Shown here: positions 31,492 to 41,486 of the stretch, one piece after another | Layout: every line of letters starts with the position of its first letter | Position numbering within the stretch: position 1 is the stretch's first letter | Source of the DNA: an uncultured Candidatus Saccharibacteria bacterium | GTDB lineage: Bacteria > Patescibacteriota > Minisyncoccia > Phycocordibacterales > Phycocordibacteraceae | Assembly: GCA_964391975.1 (NCBI GenBank) | Contig: CAYMNZ010000001.1 | Span: 262,978 to 326,977, forward strand | Length of the DNA: 64,000 bases | Direction of reading: 5' to 3' | Made by a program: the position numbers and the translations under genes | The notes under the pieces: model-generated | What the model was told of the DNA's origin: nothing | Seen by the model: the letters and a program-made list of their open reading frames with translations, nothing else | Databases searched by the model: none

Positions 31492-32568
31492 ATGGCTCCG
31501 AAAGCTAAAACTCCAAAGAAAACGCGCGCAAAAGCTGCCTCCACAGCTTCCTTCACGTTCGACGCGCTTACGCTCTCCAAACAGCTGTTGGCCGATATCT
31601 CAGACCGCGCCCGCGAGGTTCTCTCACTACGCTTTGGACTTGGATCCAAGAACACGCGCGAGACGCTTGAAGCAATTGGCGAGCGCTGGGGCATCACCCG
31701 CGAGCGTGTGCGCCAGATTGAAGCGTCCGGGATTGAATCCATTCGCTCCTCAAAGGCATTTAAGGATTCTGAAGAGGCCTTCGATGAGCTTTCTACGTAT
31801 GTTGCTTCTCTTGGAGCTATCGTTCCAGAAGATATGCTTCTCTCCGAGCTATCCTCTGACGAGAAGAGTCGCAATGCATTTCGGTTTCTCTTGGTAGTAG
31901 GAAGTTCCTTTTTCCGTGAACGTGAGACCGAACATTTCTATGCTCGTTGGCATGTTGACCACAAAACTGCTGCCAAGGTGCACGGTGCACTTTCAAAACT
32001 CTATACATCACTCTCTGATGATGAGGTACTTTCCGAAAGTGAACTCTTTGAACGCTTCCTAGGGGAGCTTAAGGATGTGAGTACCGCCTATCACAACGAG
32101 GAGGTTTTGAAGCGTTGGCTCTCTCTTTCAAAAACCATCGACAAGAACCCGCTCTCTGAGTGGGGTCGTGCACACGCACCCGTCATTCGCACCAAGGGCA
32201 TTCGCGATTATGCGTACCTAGTCATCAAGCGTGCCAACGCCCCAATGCACTTCAAGGAGGTTGCGAGCGCCATCACTGAGCTTTTTGCCAAGAAAGCACA
32301 CGTAGCAACCACCCACAACGAACTCATGAAGGACAATCGTTTTGTGCTTGTTGGTCGTGGACTCTACGCGCTTGCAGAATGGGGCTTTGAGCCGGGTGTG
32401 GTGCGCGATGTTATCAAGGAGATACTCAAGAAGCGCGCGCTTTCTCGTGAGGAAGTCATCAGTGAGGTAAAAAAGAAGCGCTATGTGAAGGACAACACCA
32501 TTTTGGTGAATCTCAACGACTCTCGCTACTTCAAACGTCAGAAGGACGGAACCTACTCGATCGCCTAG
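31492..32568 (+). CDS. sigma-70 region-4 HTH plus C-terminal winged-HTH (HARE-HTH/RNAP delta-like) protein
   Basis: REVLSLRFGL..TLEAIGERWGITRERVRQIE; PMHFKEV..I...HNEL..D.RFVLVGRGLYAL.EW. Confidence 0.78.
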   Translation: MAPKAKTPKKTRAKAASTASFTFDALTLSKQLLADISDRAREVLSLRFGLGSKNTRETLEAIGERWGITRERVRQIEASGIESIRSSKAFKDSEEAFDELSTYVASLGAIVPEDMLLSELSSDEKSRNAFRFLLVVGSSFFRERETEHFYARWHVDHKTAAKVHGALSKLYTSLSDDEVLSESELFERFLGELKDVSTAYHNEEVLKRWLSLSKTIDKNPLSEWGRAHAPVIRTKGIRDYAYLVIKRANAPMHFKEVASAITELFAKKAHVATTHNELMKDNRFVLVGRGLYALAEWGFEPGVVRDVIKEILKKRALSREEVISEVKKKRYVKDNTILVNLNDSRYFKRQKDGTYSIA

Positions 32569-32575
32569 ACTGCAC

Positions 32576-32599
32576 AACCGCCCGGAGGGGCGGTTTTTT
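32576..32599 (+). terminator. intrinsic terminator
   Basis: AACCGCCC-GGAG-GGGCGGTTTTTT. Confidence 0.9.
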
Positions 32600-32616
32600 C
32601 TTGCTATACTTGCCGC

Positions 32617-33966
32617 ATGTCGAGCAGCGGACACGGCGGGGGCGGGCCAATGAGGCTTCCGGGCCTGCATTCAATCGAACACTTCGTCGAGCAGACGAAC
32701 GATGGTGCCGGTGTGTACATTCCTGGATGGGGTCTGATGACCTCATTTGTTATTCTGCTCTTTCTGTTTTTTGCGCTTTCTCCTGCGCAGACGCTTGCTA
32801 ACTTCAATCTTCTTTTCTTCCTTTCACCGATTTGGATAACTTGGTTGCTTGGCCGTTGGGCTATTTTCTCCTTCGTAAAATGGCGCCGCGCCGTCTGGAG
32901 CACGCAGTGGGAGTGGGTATTGCTTGAGATCCGCATCCCACACGACAACATCCGTACACCAGCGTCGATGGAGGCATTCTTCCAATCTCTCCACATCCCG
33001 GCTGGACAGGGAACGTGGTACAAGCGACACGTGTTCGGACGCACCCGTGACTGGTGGAGCTTTGAAATTGCCTCAGTGGAAGGAAAGGTGCGTTTCTACG
33101 TCTGGACCCGTCAGCGTATTCGCCGCGCAACGGAGAGTTTCCTCTACGCACAATACCCAGACATCGAAATTATCGAAGCTGAGGATTACAGCCGTCTCAT
33201 CAACCCGTCGCACGGAGATTGGAACATGTTTGCCTGTGAATACATGTTCACCAAGCCTTCGCCATACCCAATCAAAACCTATGTGCAGTACGGCAACGAC
33301 CGCCCGCATGTGCAGGACCAGGCGTATGTTGACCCCTTTGCAAACGTTATTGAAATGCTCGGTGCGCTTGGTAAGGGTGAGCAGTTCTGGCTGCAGATTA
33401 TCTGCCGTGCAACTCGCCACGATACACAGCATGGGAAGGGAACTATCAAAGAGCAGGCGAAGGCACTTGTTGATGATTTGAGGCGTGAGGCAGCCAAGTT
33501 GAACCCCATGGGCTTCCCGAACGCCAGTCCGGGCATGATGCTCCAGATGGAAGCCATTGAACGAAACGTCGGTAAGTTAAGTTACGACGTTGGTATTCGT
33601 AGCATTTACTTTGCTAAGCCCGATAAGTTTGTTGGCATGATGGCCGGTATCGCCGTGCAGCTCATGAAGGTCTACAACTCTGAGATTTTCAACGGTCTCG
33701 TGCCAGCACCGCTGTGGTCTGAGAAATTCAACGACTATCCTTGGGAAGACATCGGCGGGAGGCGTCAGGCTCGTGAAATGCATGAGGTGGTCGAAATGTA
33801 CCGCAGGCGCTCCTATTTCCATCCACCCTACAGGGGTCCATGGCTAGTGATGAGCGTTGAGGAGCTTGCTACCATCTTCCATATTCCAACCAAGCACGTA
33901 CAAACACCGGGTCTTGAGCGTAAAGAGACCTCCACCGGGAAGCCGCCGACTAACCTTCCACTCTAG
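32617..33966 (+). CDS. conserved-looking hypothetical membrane-anchored protein
   Basis: 2 N-terminal TM segments; LLEIRIP, SFEIAS..G.VRFY, LYAQYPDIEI.E.EDY, EELATIFHIP. Confidence 0.7.
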   Translation: MSSSGHGGGGPMRLPGLHSIEHFVEQTNDGAGVYIPGWGLMTSFVILLFLFFALSPAQTLANFNLLFFLSPIWITWLLGRWAIFSFVKWRRAVWSTQWEWVLLEIRIPHDNIRTPASMEAFFQSLHIPAGQGTWYKRHVFGRTRDWWSFEIASVEGKVRFYVWTRQRIRRATESFLYAQYPDIEIIEAEDYSRLINPSHGDWNMFACEYMFTKPSPYPIKTYVQYGNDRPHVQDQAYVDPFANVIEMLGALGKGEQFWLQIICRATRHDTQHGKGTIKEQAKALVDDLRREAAKLNPMGFPNASPGMMLQMEAIERNVGKLSYDVGIRSIYFAKPDKFVGMMAGIAVQLMKVYNSEIFNGLVPAPLWSEKFNDYPWEDIGGRRQAREMHEVVEMYRRRSYFHPPYRGPWLVMSVEELATIFHIPTKHVQTPGLERKETSTGKPPTNLPL

Positions 33967-33972
33967 AGGCGC

Positions 33973-34971
33973 ATGCGTTCTATCTTTGACTATCTCTGCG
34001 CAGCCTTTGAGCTTCATTGCGCGCGGATGCGCTATGTCTACGGAACACTCCTTCTGGCGCTTATGGTGGGTGGGATTGCAGTGTGGTACTTCCTGCTTCT
34101 GCCACCGTCCCCATTTCCAGTGGGAACAATCATTGAAATCGAAGAGAACTCCTCACTCTATGAGGTGGCCCAGGAACTTAAGAGTGGAGGCTATATCGAG
34201 TCAGAGATTGCCTTTCTTGCACTCATGCGGCTTACCGGTCGTGAGAACAGTGTGCAGGCAGGTCTCTATGTGTTCAAGCAACCCTATGGACTCTTAACCA
34301 TCGCCGATAGGCTTGCCCGGGGCGTCTCAGGTGTGCCGACGGTTCGCATTCGCATACAGGAAGGGCAGACGGCTCGAGAGGTTGGAGAACAGCTCTCAGC
34401 CAAGATTGAAGGGTTTGATATTGCGACCTTTGATCCGAAGGCCCGTGCGCTTGAGGGGTACCTATTCCCGGACACCTACGAGATTCTTCCGGACGAGACA
34501 CCTGACGAGATACTCGAGCGTTTCTACGAGACGTTCCTAAGGCGCACTGAAGGCATCGAAGAGGAGATTGTCGCATTCGACCATCCGCTCCGAGATGTGC
34601 TTACGATGGCCTCGCTTATCGAGCGCGAGGCCCGTGGTCTTTCTGAGAAGCGTATGGTCTCCGGGGTTCTTTGGAACCGCATTGAGATTGGCATGCCACT
34701 TCAGGTGGATGCGGTGTTTGGGTATATAAAAGATACGCAAACCTACAGCCCTTCTTTTGATGACTTGGAGATAGAGTCGCCTTACAACACGTATCGCAAC
34801 AAGGGACTTCCGCCGGGACCAATTGCCAACCCTGGTGTGAATTCTATTCTTGCTGCGGTGACACCTACTGAAACTGAGTATCTCTATTACCTCACCGGTC
34901 GCGATGGGAAGATGTATTACGCGGAGACCTTCGAAGAGCACAAGGCAAACAGGGCAAGGTATCTTGATTAG
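33973..34971 (+). CDS. mltG: endolytic transglycosylase MltG
   Basis: LEGYLFPDTY, ASLIERE, NR..IGMPLQVD, SPYNTY...GLPPGPIANPG; start may be 34028. Confidence 0.93.
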   Translation: MRSIFDYLCAAFELHCARMRYVYGTLLLALMVGGIAVWYFLLLPPSPFPVGTIIEIEENSSLYEVAQELKSGGYIESEIAFLALMRLTGRENSVQAGLYVFKQPYGLLTIADRLARGVSGVPTVRIRIQEGQTAREVGEQLSAKIEGFDIATFDPKARALEGYLFPDTYEILPDETPDEILERFYETFLRRTEGIEEEIVAFDHPLRDVLTMASLIEREARGLSEKRMVSGVLWNRIEIGMPLQVDAVFGYIKDTQTYSPSFDDLEIESPYNTYRNKGLPPGPIANPGVNSILAAVTPTETEYLYYLTGRDGKMYYAETFEEHKANRARYLD

Positions 34972-34985
34972 GCTATACTTTTTGT

Positions 34986-35246
34986 ATGACAGAAGAACGT
35001 CCAGTGAGGCAGAACGAGGACACGGTAGAGCAGGTTACTGCCAAGATTGCCCGGAATGCGGGGGAAGTTGAAGCTATTAAGGACACGCTTGCAGGACGAG
35101 CAGCAGCCCGAAGGGAGTTCAGCAGGCAAGGCAGGGGAGCGCTGGAACCACACCCTCTCGATAGTTACGGTCTGCCGGGTAGGCTCAGGCTACTTGAAAG
35201 TGAGCAAAAGAGGTTGGCTGAACGGAAAAAGGAGCTCGAGGGCTAG
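34986..35246 (+). CDS. small hypothetical protein
   Basis: 86 aa; TATACT 6 nt upstream. Confidence 0.55.
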   Translation: MTEERPVRQNEDTVEQVTAKIARNAGEVEAIKDTLAGRAAARREFSRQGRGALEPHPLDSYGLPGRLRLLESEQKRLAERKKELEG

Positions 35247-35303
35247 TATGCTGATTAAGCCTTTTTAAGGTATACTTAGGCTTAGCAATAGCGACTGATA
35301 CGC

Positions 35304-38243
35304 ATGGCGCATCGCATCACCGTAGAGTCCGTCGCCGAGAGGGCGCGCGCCGGAAGCATACAGGCAATGCTTAGAGAGCGGTTTCCGAAGGCTAGGGTTC
35401 GGGGCGTCTCGGTCACCAACTCCTATACGATTGATAAGACGCTTTCTGCACGCGATCAGAAGGCAGTTTCTGCTGCGCTCACCAATTCCGTCATCGACAA
35501 GGCATCTTTTACTAAGGTCCTGGCGCCTGAAAAGTTCGCCGTTGCCATTGAGATTGGCTTTCTTCCGGGAGTGACCGACAACGTAGGCAACACGGTTCGA
35601 CAGATGGTTGAAGACGCCACGGGAAAGAAATTCAAAGGAAATGAGCATGTCTACTCGTCTCTCTTTGTTTTCCTTGAAGGAACGGTAAGCGAAGAGGAGG
35701 CTAAGAGTATGGCGCTCGAGCTCCACAACCCGCTTATTGAGGAAGCGATTGTGACGCCCAATTGGGAGTGGAAGCGTGGTCGCGTCCAGCTGCGTATCCC
35801 TAAGGTGGCCCTAACGGGTTCCACTCGCGTCGATACGGTTGACCTCCATGTTTCGGACGAGGAACTTCTGAAGATTGGCAAGGAAGGCATTATGGGCGAA
35901 GACGGCATACGTCGAGGACCGCTCGCCCTTTCCGTTCACGAACTCGTTGCTATCCGCACATATTTTGATTCTCTCGGTCGTCTTCCAACCGACGTGGAGC
36001 TCGAGGCACTTGCTCAGACCTGGTCGGAGCATTGCCAGCACACCATTTTCAATGACCCACTTGATGATATAGAGGAAGGTATTTATCGTCGGTACATCAA
36101 AGGAGCTACCAACGAGATTCGCCGGAAGAAAGGGAAGAAGGATTTCTGTGTTTCGGTGTTTAAAGACAACTCTGGTGCCATTGCCTTCAATGAGGACTAT
36201 CTGGTCACCCATAAGATGGAGACGCACAATTCTCCTTCAGCACTTGATCCCTACGGAGGGGCGATGACCGGTATCGTTGGTGTGAACCGCGACACCCTTG
36301 GCTTCGGACTTGGTGCTAAGCCAATCGCGAACCTCTATGGCTTTTGCATTGGCAGGCCCGAGGACACACGTCCGCTGTATCGTGATGCCAAGCTTACAGA
36401 ACGGCTCCTTCCACCACGGCGTATTCTTGAAGGAGTTGTGCGTGGGGTGAATGGTGGAGGTAACCAAAGCGGGATTCCAACCCCACTTGGCTTTGTGTAT
36501 GCGGATGACAGCTACCGCGGAAAACCGTTGGTGTTTGCTGGTACCGTTGGTCTTATTCCACGAAAGAGTGGAAAACGTGAGTTGTTTACCAAACAGGCAA
36601 AGCCTGGCGATTACATTGTGATGATTGGCGGACGGGTTGGTCTCGACGGCATTCATGGGGCAACATTCTCTTCCGAAGCACTACGCGCAGGAAGTCCTGC
36701 GACTGCCGTTCAGATTGGTGACCCTATTACTCAGAAGCGCTTCTCTGACGCCATTATTCGCGAAGCACGTGATTTAGGTCTCTACAACAGTTTGACCGAC
36801 AACGGTGCAGGGGGGCTCTCCTCAAGCATTGGTGAGATGGCGAAGGAGGCGGGCGGATGCGATGTGGACCTTGCAAGTGTTCCAACGAAATACCCAGGAC
36901 TCGCTCCGTGGCAGATATGGATTTCTGAGTCTCAGGAGCGCATGACGCTTTCGGTTCCAAAGAAGAATTGGAAGAAACTCAAAGCTATCTTTGATAAGCA
37001 TGGGGTAGAAGCAACGCGCATTGGTGAATACACAAAGACGGGAAATTGCGTTGTACGATTTGGCACTAAGAAAGTCCTCGACGTCGGGCTTGAGTTCCTG
37101 CACGAGGGGCGTCCGAAGATGCGCCAGGAAAGCCTCGAAGTGCACGCAGTAGAAGTTCCTCTTCCTGCCGAGAAGAAGGCGAATCACGCAAAGACACTTC
37201 TTACACTCCTTTCGAGTCCAAACATTGGAAGCTACGAATTCATCTCAACTCAGTACGATCATGAGGTCCAGGGTATGTCGGTGACAAAGCCACTTCAGGG
37301 TCCAGGCCGCGTTAATGCTGATGTCGGCATTCTAAAACCTCTGGTTAATGACAATCGAGGTGTCGTCCTCTCGCACGGCTACGCTCCTTCCTACAGCGAG
37401 CTCGATACCTACGACATGGCCGCTGCTTCTATCGATACAGCAGTTCGTAATGCGGTTGCAGCCGGCGCTACGCTCGACCACCTCGCTATCCTCGATAACT
37501 TCTGCTGGTCTTCTTCCAAGGACCCAGAGCGCCTTGGGCAGCTTAAGGAAGCAGCACGCGCCTGCTACGAGGTTGCCGTCGCGTACGGTACACCCTACAT
37601 CTCCGGTAAAGACAGCATGTTCAACGATTTCCGAGGTTTCGACAACAAGGGTGAGCCACTTCACATTGCAGCGCTTCCAACACTCTTGGTTTCTGCAATC
37701 GGCGTAATGAAAGATGTGCGTAAGGCGGTCACCATGGACCTCGCTGCAGTTGGGGACACGATGTATCTCATTGGTGAAACCAAGGAAGAATTGGGAGGCA
37801 GCGAGTACGCTCGCTCCTTGGGACTCTCTGGTGGCTCTGTCCCACGGACTGACACTAAGAAGAACTTCGCTGCCTACCGGGCACTTGAGAAGGCCATCAA
37901 TGCTCGCTTGGTTGCTAACGCGCTCGGCCTGTCTCGTGGAGGACTCGCTGTTGCGGCGGCCAAGATGGCAATGGCAGGAAATCGAGGCATGAATCTTGCG
38001 CTTCCTTCAGGAGATGCTCGTACACTCCTCTTCTCTGAGAGCCAGGGACGTGTGCTTGTTGCCGTTCCAAAGGGCAAGGGAAAGAAGTTCGAAGCACTCT
38101 TCAAAGGGGTGGCACTCCGAAAGCTTGGTACGGTCACCGAGAAGAAGGAGTTGGTGCTTAAGGCAGGGGGGACGAATGTGAAGCTCGCGATTCCTGAACT
38201 TCTACGGGCATACCGTAAACCGTTTAAGAAATTCGACGTATGA
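35304..38243 (+). CDS. purL: phosphoribosylformylglycinamidine synthase PurL with PurS-like N-terminal extension
   Basis: PGVTDNVG, QTWSEHC.H, KMETHNSPSALDPYGGAMTG, DNGAGGLSS, SESQERM, ISGKDS. Confidence 0.95.
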   Translation: MAHRITVESVAERARAGSIQAMLRERFPKARVRGVSVTNSYTIDKTLSARDQKAVSAALTNSVIDKASFTKVLAPEKFAVAIEIGFLPGVTDNVGNTVRQMVEDATGKKFKGNEHVYSSLFVFLEGTVSEEEAKSMALELHNPLIEEAIVTPNWEWKRGRVQLRIPKVALTGSTRVDTVDLHVSDEELLKIGKEGIMGEDGIRRGPLALSVHELVAIRTYFDSLGRLPTDVELEALAQTWSEHCQHTIFNDPLDDIEEGIYRRYIKGATNEIRRKKGKKDFCVSVFKDNSGAIAFNEDYLVTHKMETHNSPSALDPYGGAMTGIVGVNRDTLGFGLGAKPIANLYGFCIGRPEDTRPLYRDAKLTERLLPPRRILEGVVRGVNGGGNQSGIPTPLGFVYADDSYRGKPLVFAGTVGLIPRKSGKRELFTKQAKPGDYIVMIGGRVGLDGIHGATFSSEALRAGSPATAVQIGDPITQKRFSDAIIREARDLGLYNSLTDNGAGGLSSSIGEMAKEAGGCDVDLASVPTKYPGLAPWQIWISESQERMTLSVPKKNWKKLKAIFDKHGVEATRIGEYTKTGNCVVRFGTKKVLDVGLEFLHEGRPKMRQESLEVHAVEVPLPAEKKANHAKTLLTLLSSPNIGSYEFISTQYDHEVQGMSVTKPLQGPGRVNADVGILKPLVNDNRGVVLSHGYAPSYSELDTYDMAAASIDTAVRNAVAAGATLDHLAILDNFCWSSSKDPERLGQLKEAARACYEVAVAYGTPYISGKDSMFNDFRGFDNKGEPLHIAALPTLLVSAIGVMKDVRKAVTMDLAAVGDTMYLIGETKEELGGSEYARSLGLSGGSVPRTDTKKNFAAYRALEKAINARLVANALGLSRGGLAVAAAKMAMAGNRGMNLALPSGDARTLLFSESQGRVLVAVPKGKGKKFEALFKGVALRKLGTVTEKKELVLKAGGTNVKLAIPELLRAYRKPFKKFDV

Positions 38244-39010
38244 AAAAACCACGCATACTCATATTCTCGGGCTACGGTCTCAACTGCGAAGACGAAGCAA
38301 AGATTGCCTTTGAGGAGGTAGGCGGTGTCGCTGACATCGTGCACTTGGAGGACATCATTGCGAAACCTTCGATGTTGAAGAAATATCAGATTATTGTGTT
38401 CCCTGGAGGATTCTCCTATGGAGATGATGCTGGTTCAGGGAAAGCGTACGGAAAACGTGTTGCTCACCACCTTAAAAAAGAACTTCAGGAGTTCCTTTCC
38501 CGCGATACGCTCATGGCAGGTATCTGCAATGGATTCCAGGTCATCACGAGCGCTGGTATTCTCCCGGGAGCACTCATCGCCAACGATTCAGCTAAGCTTA
38601 TCTGCCGTTGGGTAGACATGGAGGTAGTTGGAGATTCTCCCTGGTTGACTGGCATCAAGACGCTCTCAGTTCCAATTGGACACGGCGAGGGTAAGTACTT
38701 CGACACCGAGAAGAATCTTGATGCGCTCGAGAAGGCTGGGCGGGTAGTGCTTAAATACAGCAAGGGAAAGATGGCGAAGTGCTTTAGTCTGCCAGGTAAC
38801 CCGAATGGTTCTCTTCGAGATATTGCTGGTATTACTGGGTACGAGGGACGGGTTATCGGACTGATGCCACACCCAGAACGCGGAAGCTTCTTTACCCAGC
38901 AGCCGCACTGGACCTACCTTCGCGAGAAGTACGAGCGGGAGGGGAAGAAGCTTCCGAAGTACGCAGAGGGCATCGAGGTGTTCCGGAATGCCGTTAATTA
39001 CTTCAAATAG
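38240..39010 (+). CDS. purQ: FGAM synthase glutaminase subunit
   Basis: G.NCE, PGGFSYGD, GICNGFQ, HGEG, GLMPHPER. Confidence 0.95.
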   Translation: MKKPRILIFSGYGLNCEDEAKIAFEEVGGVADIVHLEDIIAKPSMLKKYQIIVFPGGFSYGDDAGSGKAYGKRVAHHLKKELQEFLSRDTLMAGICNGFQVITSAGILPGALIANDSAKLICRWVDMEVVGDSPWLTGIKTLSVPIGHGEGKYFDTEKNLDALEKAGRVVLKYSKGKMAKCFSLPGNPNGSLRDIAGITGYEGRVIGLMPHPERGSFFTQQPHWTYLREKYEREGKKLPKYAEGIEVFRNAVNYFK

Positions 39011-39011
39011 T

Positions 39012-39836
39012 ATGAATCTTCTCGACTCAATCGCAGCATCCCGAAAGCTCGCGACGGAGTCGATGCGTCAGACACTGTCAATTCTCCCTGGTTCGACAGA
39101 AATTGAGTTCAAAGACGCACTTCTTGCCAACCTTCGTTCGCACAAGGAATTCTATCCTTCGGGTTGGTACGCTCCTCCTCCCGATGGAGTGTGTGTACTT
39201 TTTGACAACCAACCTTTCACTCGACTTCAGTTCGATACTATTCGAGACGAGAAGTACTGGCCAGGAGATTCAAGGTTCAGTTCGGAATCCGTCGGCATCG
39301 TCTATTGTTCTCCGGTGAATATGAAGACAAGCATGATTGGCGACACTGGCCTAACTCTCTATACCGGGGAGAATCTTGAGATTCAGGCACATATCCGAAA
39401 CTGTTACGACGCGATGCTTGCCGCTGCAGACCTTGCGCAGGTTGGAATGCGTTTCAACGACCTTTACACGCTAGCTATGAAAACATTCGTTGATCACGGA
39501 CTTACTATCGGTTGGATGACCACGGAACACGATGCCACTAAGGGCGTCAACCTTGGGCATACCATTCCGGGCTCATACGGGGAACCGCTTCCGTCCGGGG
39601 ACTTCGAGGAAACCAAAGAAGCAATACGGAGCCGACGGATCTATATAAATCCTGTCGAACTCTTTGAGATTCCGGAGACCTGCGCCTTCACCTTCGAGTC
39701 CCGCCTTACCGATATGAGTCTTACCCAGCCAAACGTGTTCTTCCACATGGTGGTTTCTTTCTCGGGCGGGGAGAGGAAAACCATCACTGGATTTGATGGT
39801 ATATTCGGTGATATAGGAATGAAATACATGCTATGA
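39012..39836 (+). CDS. M24 (methionine aminopeptidase / pita-bread fold)-like protein
   Basis: IGDTG, LAQVGMRFNDLY, NLGHTI, FTFE. Confidence 0.55.
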   Translation: MNLLDSIAASRKLATESMRQTLSILPGSTEIEFKDALLANLRSHKEFYPSGWYAPPPDGVCVLFDNQPFTRLQFDTIRDEKYWPGDSRFSSESVGIVYCSPVNMKTSMIGDTGLTLYTGENLEIQAHIRNCYDAMLAAADLAQVGMRFNDLYTLAMKTFVDHGLTIGWMTTEHDATKGVNLGHTIPGSYGEPLPSGDFEETKEAIRSRRIYINPVELFEIPETCAFTFESRLTDMSLTQPNVFFHMVVSFSGGERKTITGFDGIFGDIGMKYML

Positions 39837-40357
39837 AAACACTAGTTGGGATTCTCATGGGCTCAGATTCAGACCTTCCGGTCATGCAGGACGCGGTTAA
39901 GGTTTTGGGTGAATTTGGTATCGGCTGCGAAGTACACACCCTCTCAGCACACCGTACGCCTGAGGCGGTTGTTTCCTACGTTGAGGAAAGCGAGAAGGCG
40001 GGTTACAAGGCCTTTATCTGTGCAGCAGGAGGTGCAGCACACCTTGCAGGAGTCGTAGCTGCTCATACCGCGCTTCCAGTCATCGGCGTACCGATTGCCA
40101 ACAAGACTACCGGGGGTATCGATGCCCTGTACTCGACCGTTCAGATGCCTCCTGGCATTCCCGTTGCGACCGTCGCAATCAATGGGGCCAAGAACGCAGG
40201 TATCCTCGCCGCCCAGATAATCGGTTCAGGAGATGATGACATGCGCGCTAAGGTTACGGCTTACAAGGAGAAGATGGCCAAAGACATCACAGCTAAGGAC
40301 CGCGAGCTCCAAGAGAAAGGTGTTGAACAGTATCTGAAGGACAAAGGTCTTGTATGA
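39833..40357 (+). CDS. purE: N5-CAIR mutase / AIR carboxylase
   Basis: MGSDSD, SAHRTP, AGGAAHLAG, PVIGVP, QMPPGIPVATV. Confidence 0.97.
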   Translation: MKTLVGILMGSDSDLPVMQDAVKVLGEFGIGCEVHTLSAHRTPEAVVSYVEESEKAGYKAFICAAGGAAHLAGVVAAHTALPVIGVPIANKTTGGIDALYSTVQMPPGIPVATVAINGAKNAGILAAQIIGSGDDDMRAKVTAYKEKMAKDITAKDRELQEKGVEQYLKDKGLV

Positions 40358-41472
40358 ACGATAAGAGCGCCTACGCAAAAGCTGGTGTTGATTACACCGT
40401 CATGGAGCCATTCAAGATGGCCATGGTTGACGCAGGTAAGCGTACGCTCACGTTCCCGAACAAACGCGGCGTCTTTATTAACGAGGACGCGATGCATGCT
40501 CATGGCGCAGTGTTCGAATACCGCGGTGAGACTCCCCATATATGGTGCAAGACTCATGAGGATCTTGGTAACAAGAACTGGATAGCGGAGTGGATGTACG
40601 AACGGACAGGTAAGTCCTACTACGATGCCATAGGGATCGACACAGCACTTATCGTCGTAAACGATGTCATCGCACAAGGCGCACTTCCGGTCGTATTCAA
40701 CGATCAGCTTGAAGCAAGCGACAGTTCCTGGTACGGGGACGAAAAGCGTGCGAAGGACCTTGCTGCTGGATTCCTTAAGATCTGCGAAGAAGTTGGTATG
40801 GCGCTTCCTGCCGGAGAATCCGCGAGCGTGAAATACATCGTCAACCCACGGCCGCCTGTGAAGCAGATTGCAACGCTTTCCGGTTCGGTGACCGGCATCG
40901 TGGCACCCAAGGAGCGGCTCGTGACGGGTCGTAAGCTTGCGGCAGGTGACCACATCATCGCCGTAGCGTCTTCAGGCCTCCATGCAAACGGTATCTCTCT
41001 CGTGATTCAAAAGGCGATGGAGTTGCCGGAGGAGTTCCTGACCAAGCTTCCAAGTGGAACTACTATTGGGGACGAAGCGCTCATTCCTACGCGTTCCTAC
41101 GTCGCCTTAGTTGAAAGCTTGCTTGATGCGGGAGTGGACATTCATGCACTTCTTCCTGGAACCGGTGACGCAATAGGAAAAATCGCCTTCGATAAGCGGC
41201 CATACACGTACCGGATTCATTCTTGGCTTCCGATTCCTCCGCTCTTTACGTACTACCGAGAAGCGCTCGGAGTTGAAATCAGGGATTGCCTTAAGACCTT
41301 TAACTGGGGAGCGGGTTACTACGTCTTCGCACCAGCTAATGAGGTCGAGCGGATCCTTTCGATTGGTAAGGCTGCTGGATACGATCTAATGGATGTCGGT
41401 ACTGTTGAGGATGGCAAACGGGAAGTGATTTTTGGACCAGAGAATATTACACTTCCTCCACCGGGGGAATAA
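40354..41472 (+). CDS. purM: AIR synthetase (divergent)
   Basis: YAKAGVD, VND...GA.P, SSGLHANG, PTRSY, TFNWGAG. Confidence 0.85.
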   Translation: MNDKSAYAKAGVDYTVMEPFKMAMVDAGKRTLTFPNKRGVFINEDAMHAHGAVFEYRGETPHIWCKTHEDLGNKNWIAEWMYERTGKSYYDAIGIDTALIVVNDVIAQGALPVVFNDQLEASDSSWYGDEKRAKDLAAGFLKICEEVGMALPAGESASVKYIVNPRPPVKQIATLSGSVTGIVAPKERLVTGRKLAAGDHIIAVASSGLHANGISLVIQKAMELPEEFLTKLPSGTTIGDEALIPTRSYVALVESLLDAGVDIHALLPGTGDAIGKIAFDKRPYTYRIHSWLPIPPLFTYYREALGVEIRDCLKTFNWGAGYYVFAPANEVERILSIGKAAGYDLMDVGTVEDGKREVIFGPENITLPPPGE

Positions 41473-41486
41473 TATAGAATTAACGT

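Noticed and set aside
35247-35303. Purine riboswitch or PurR box before purL
   Set aside because: The leader after TATACT (35271) is under 30 nt and shows no matching consensus.
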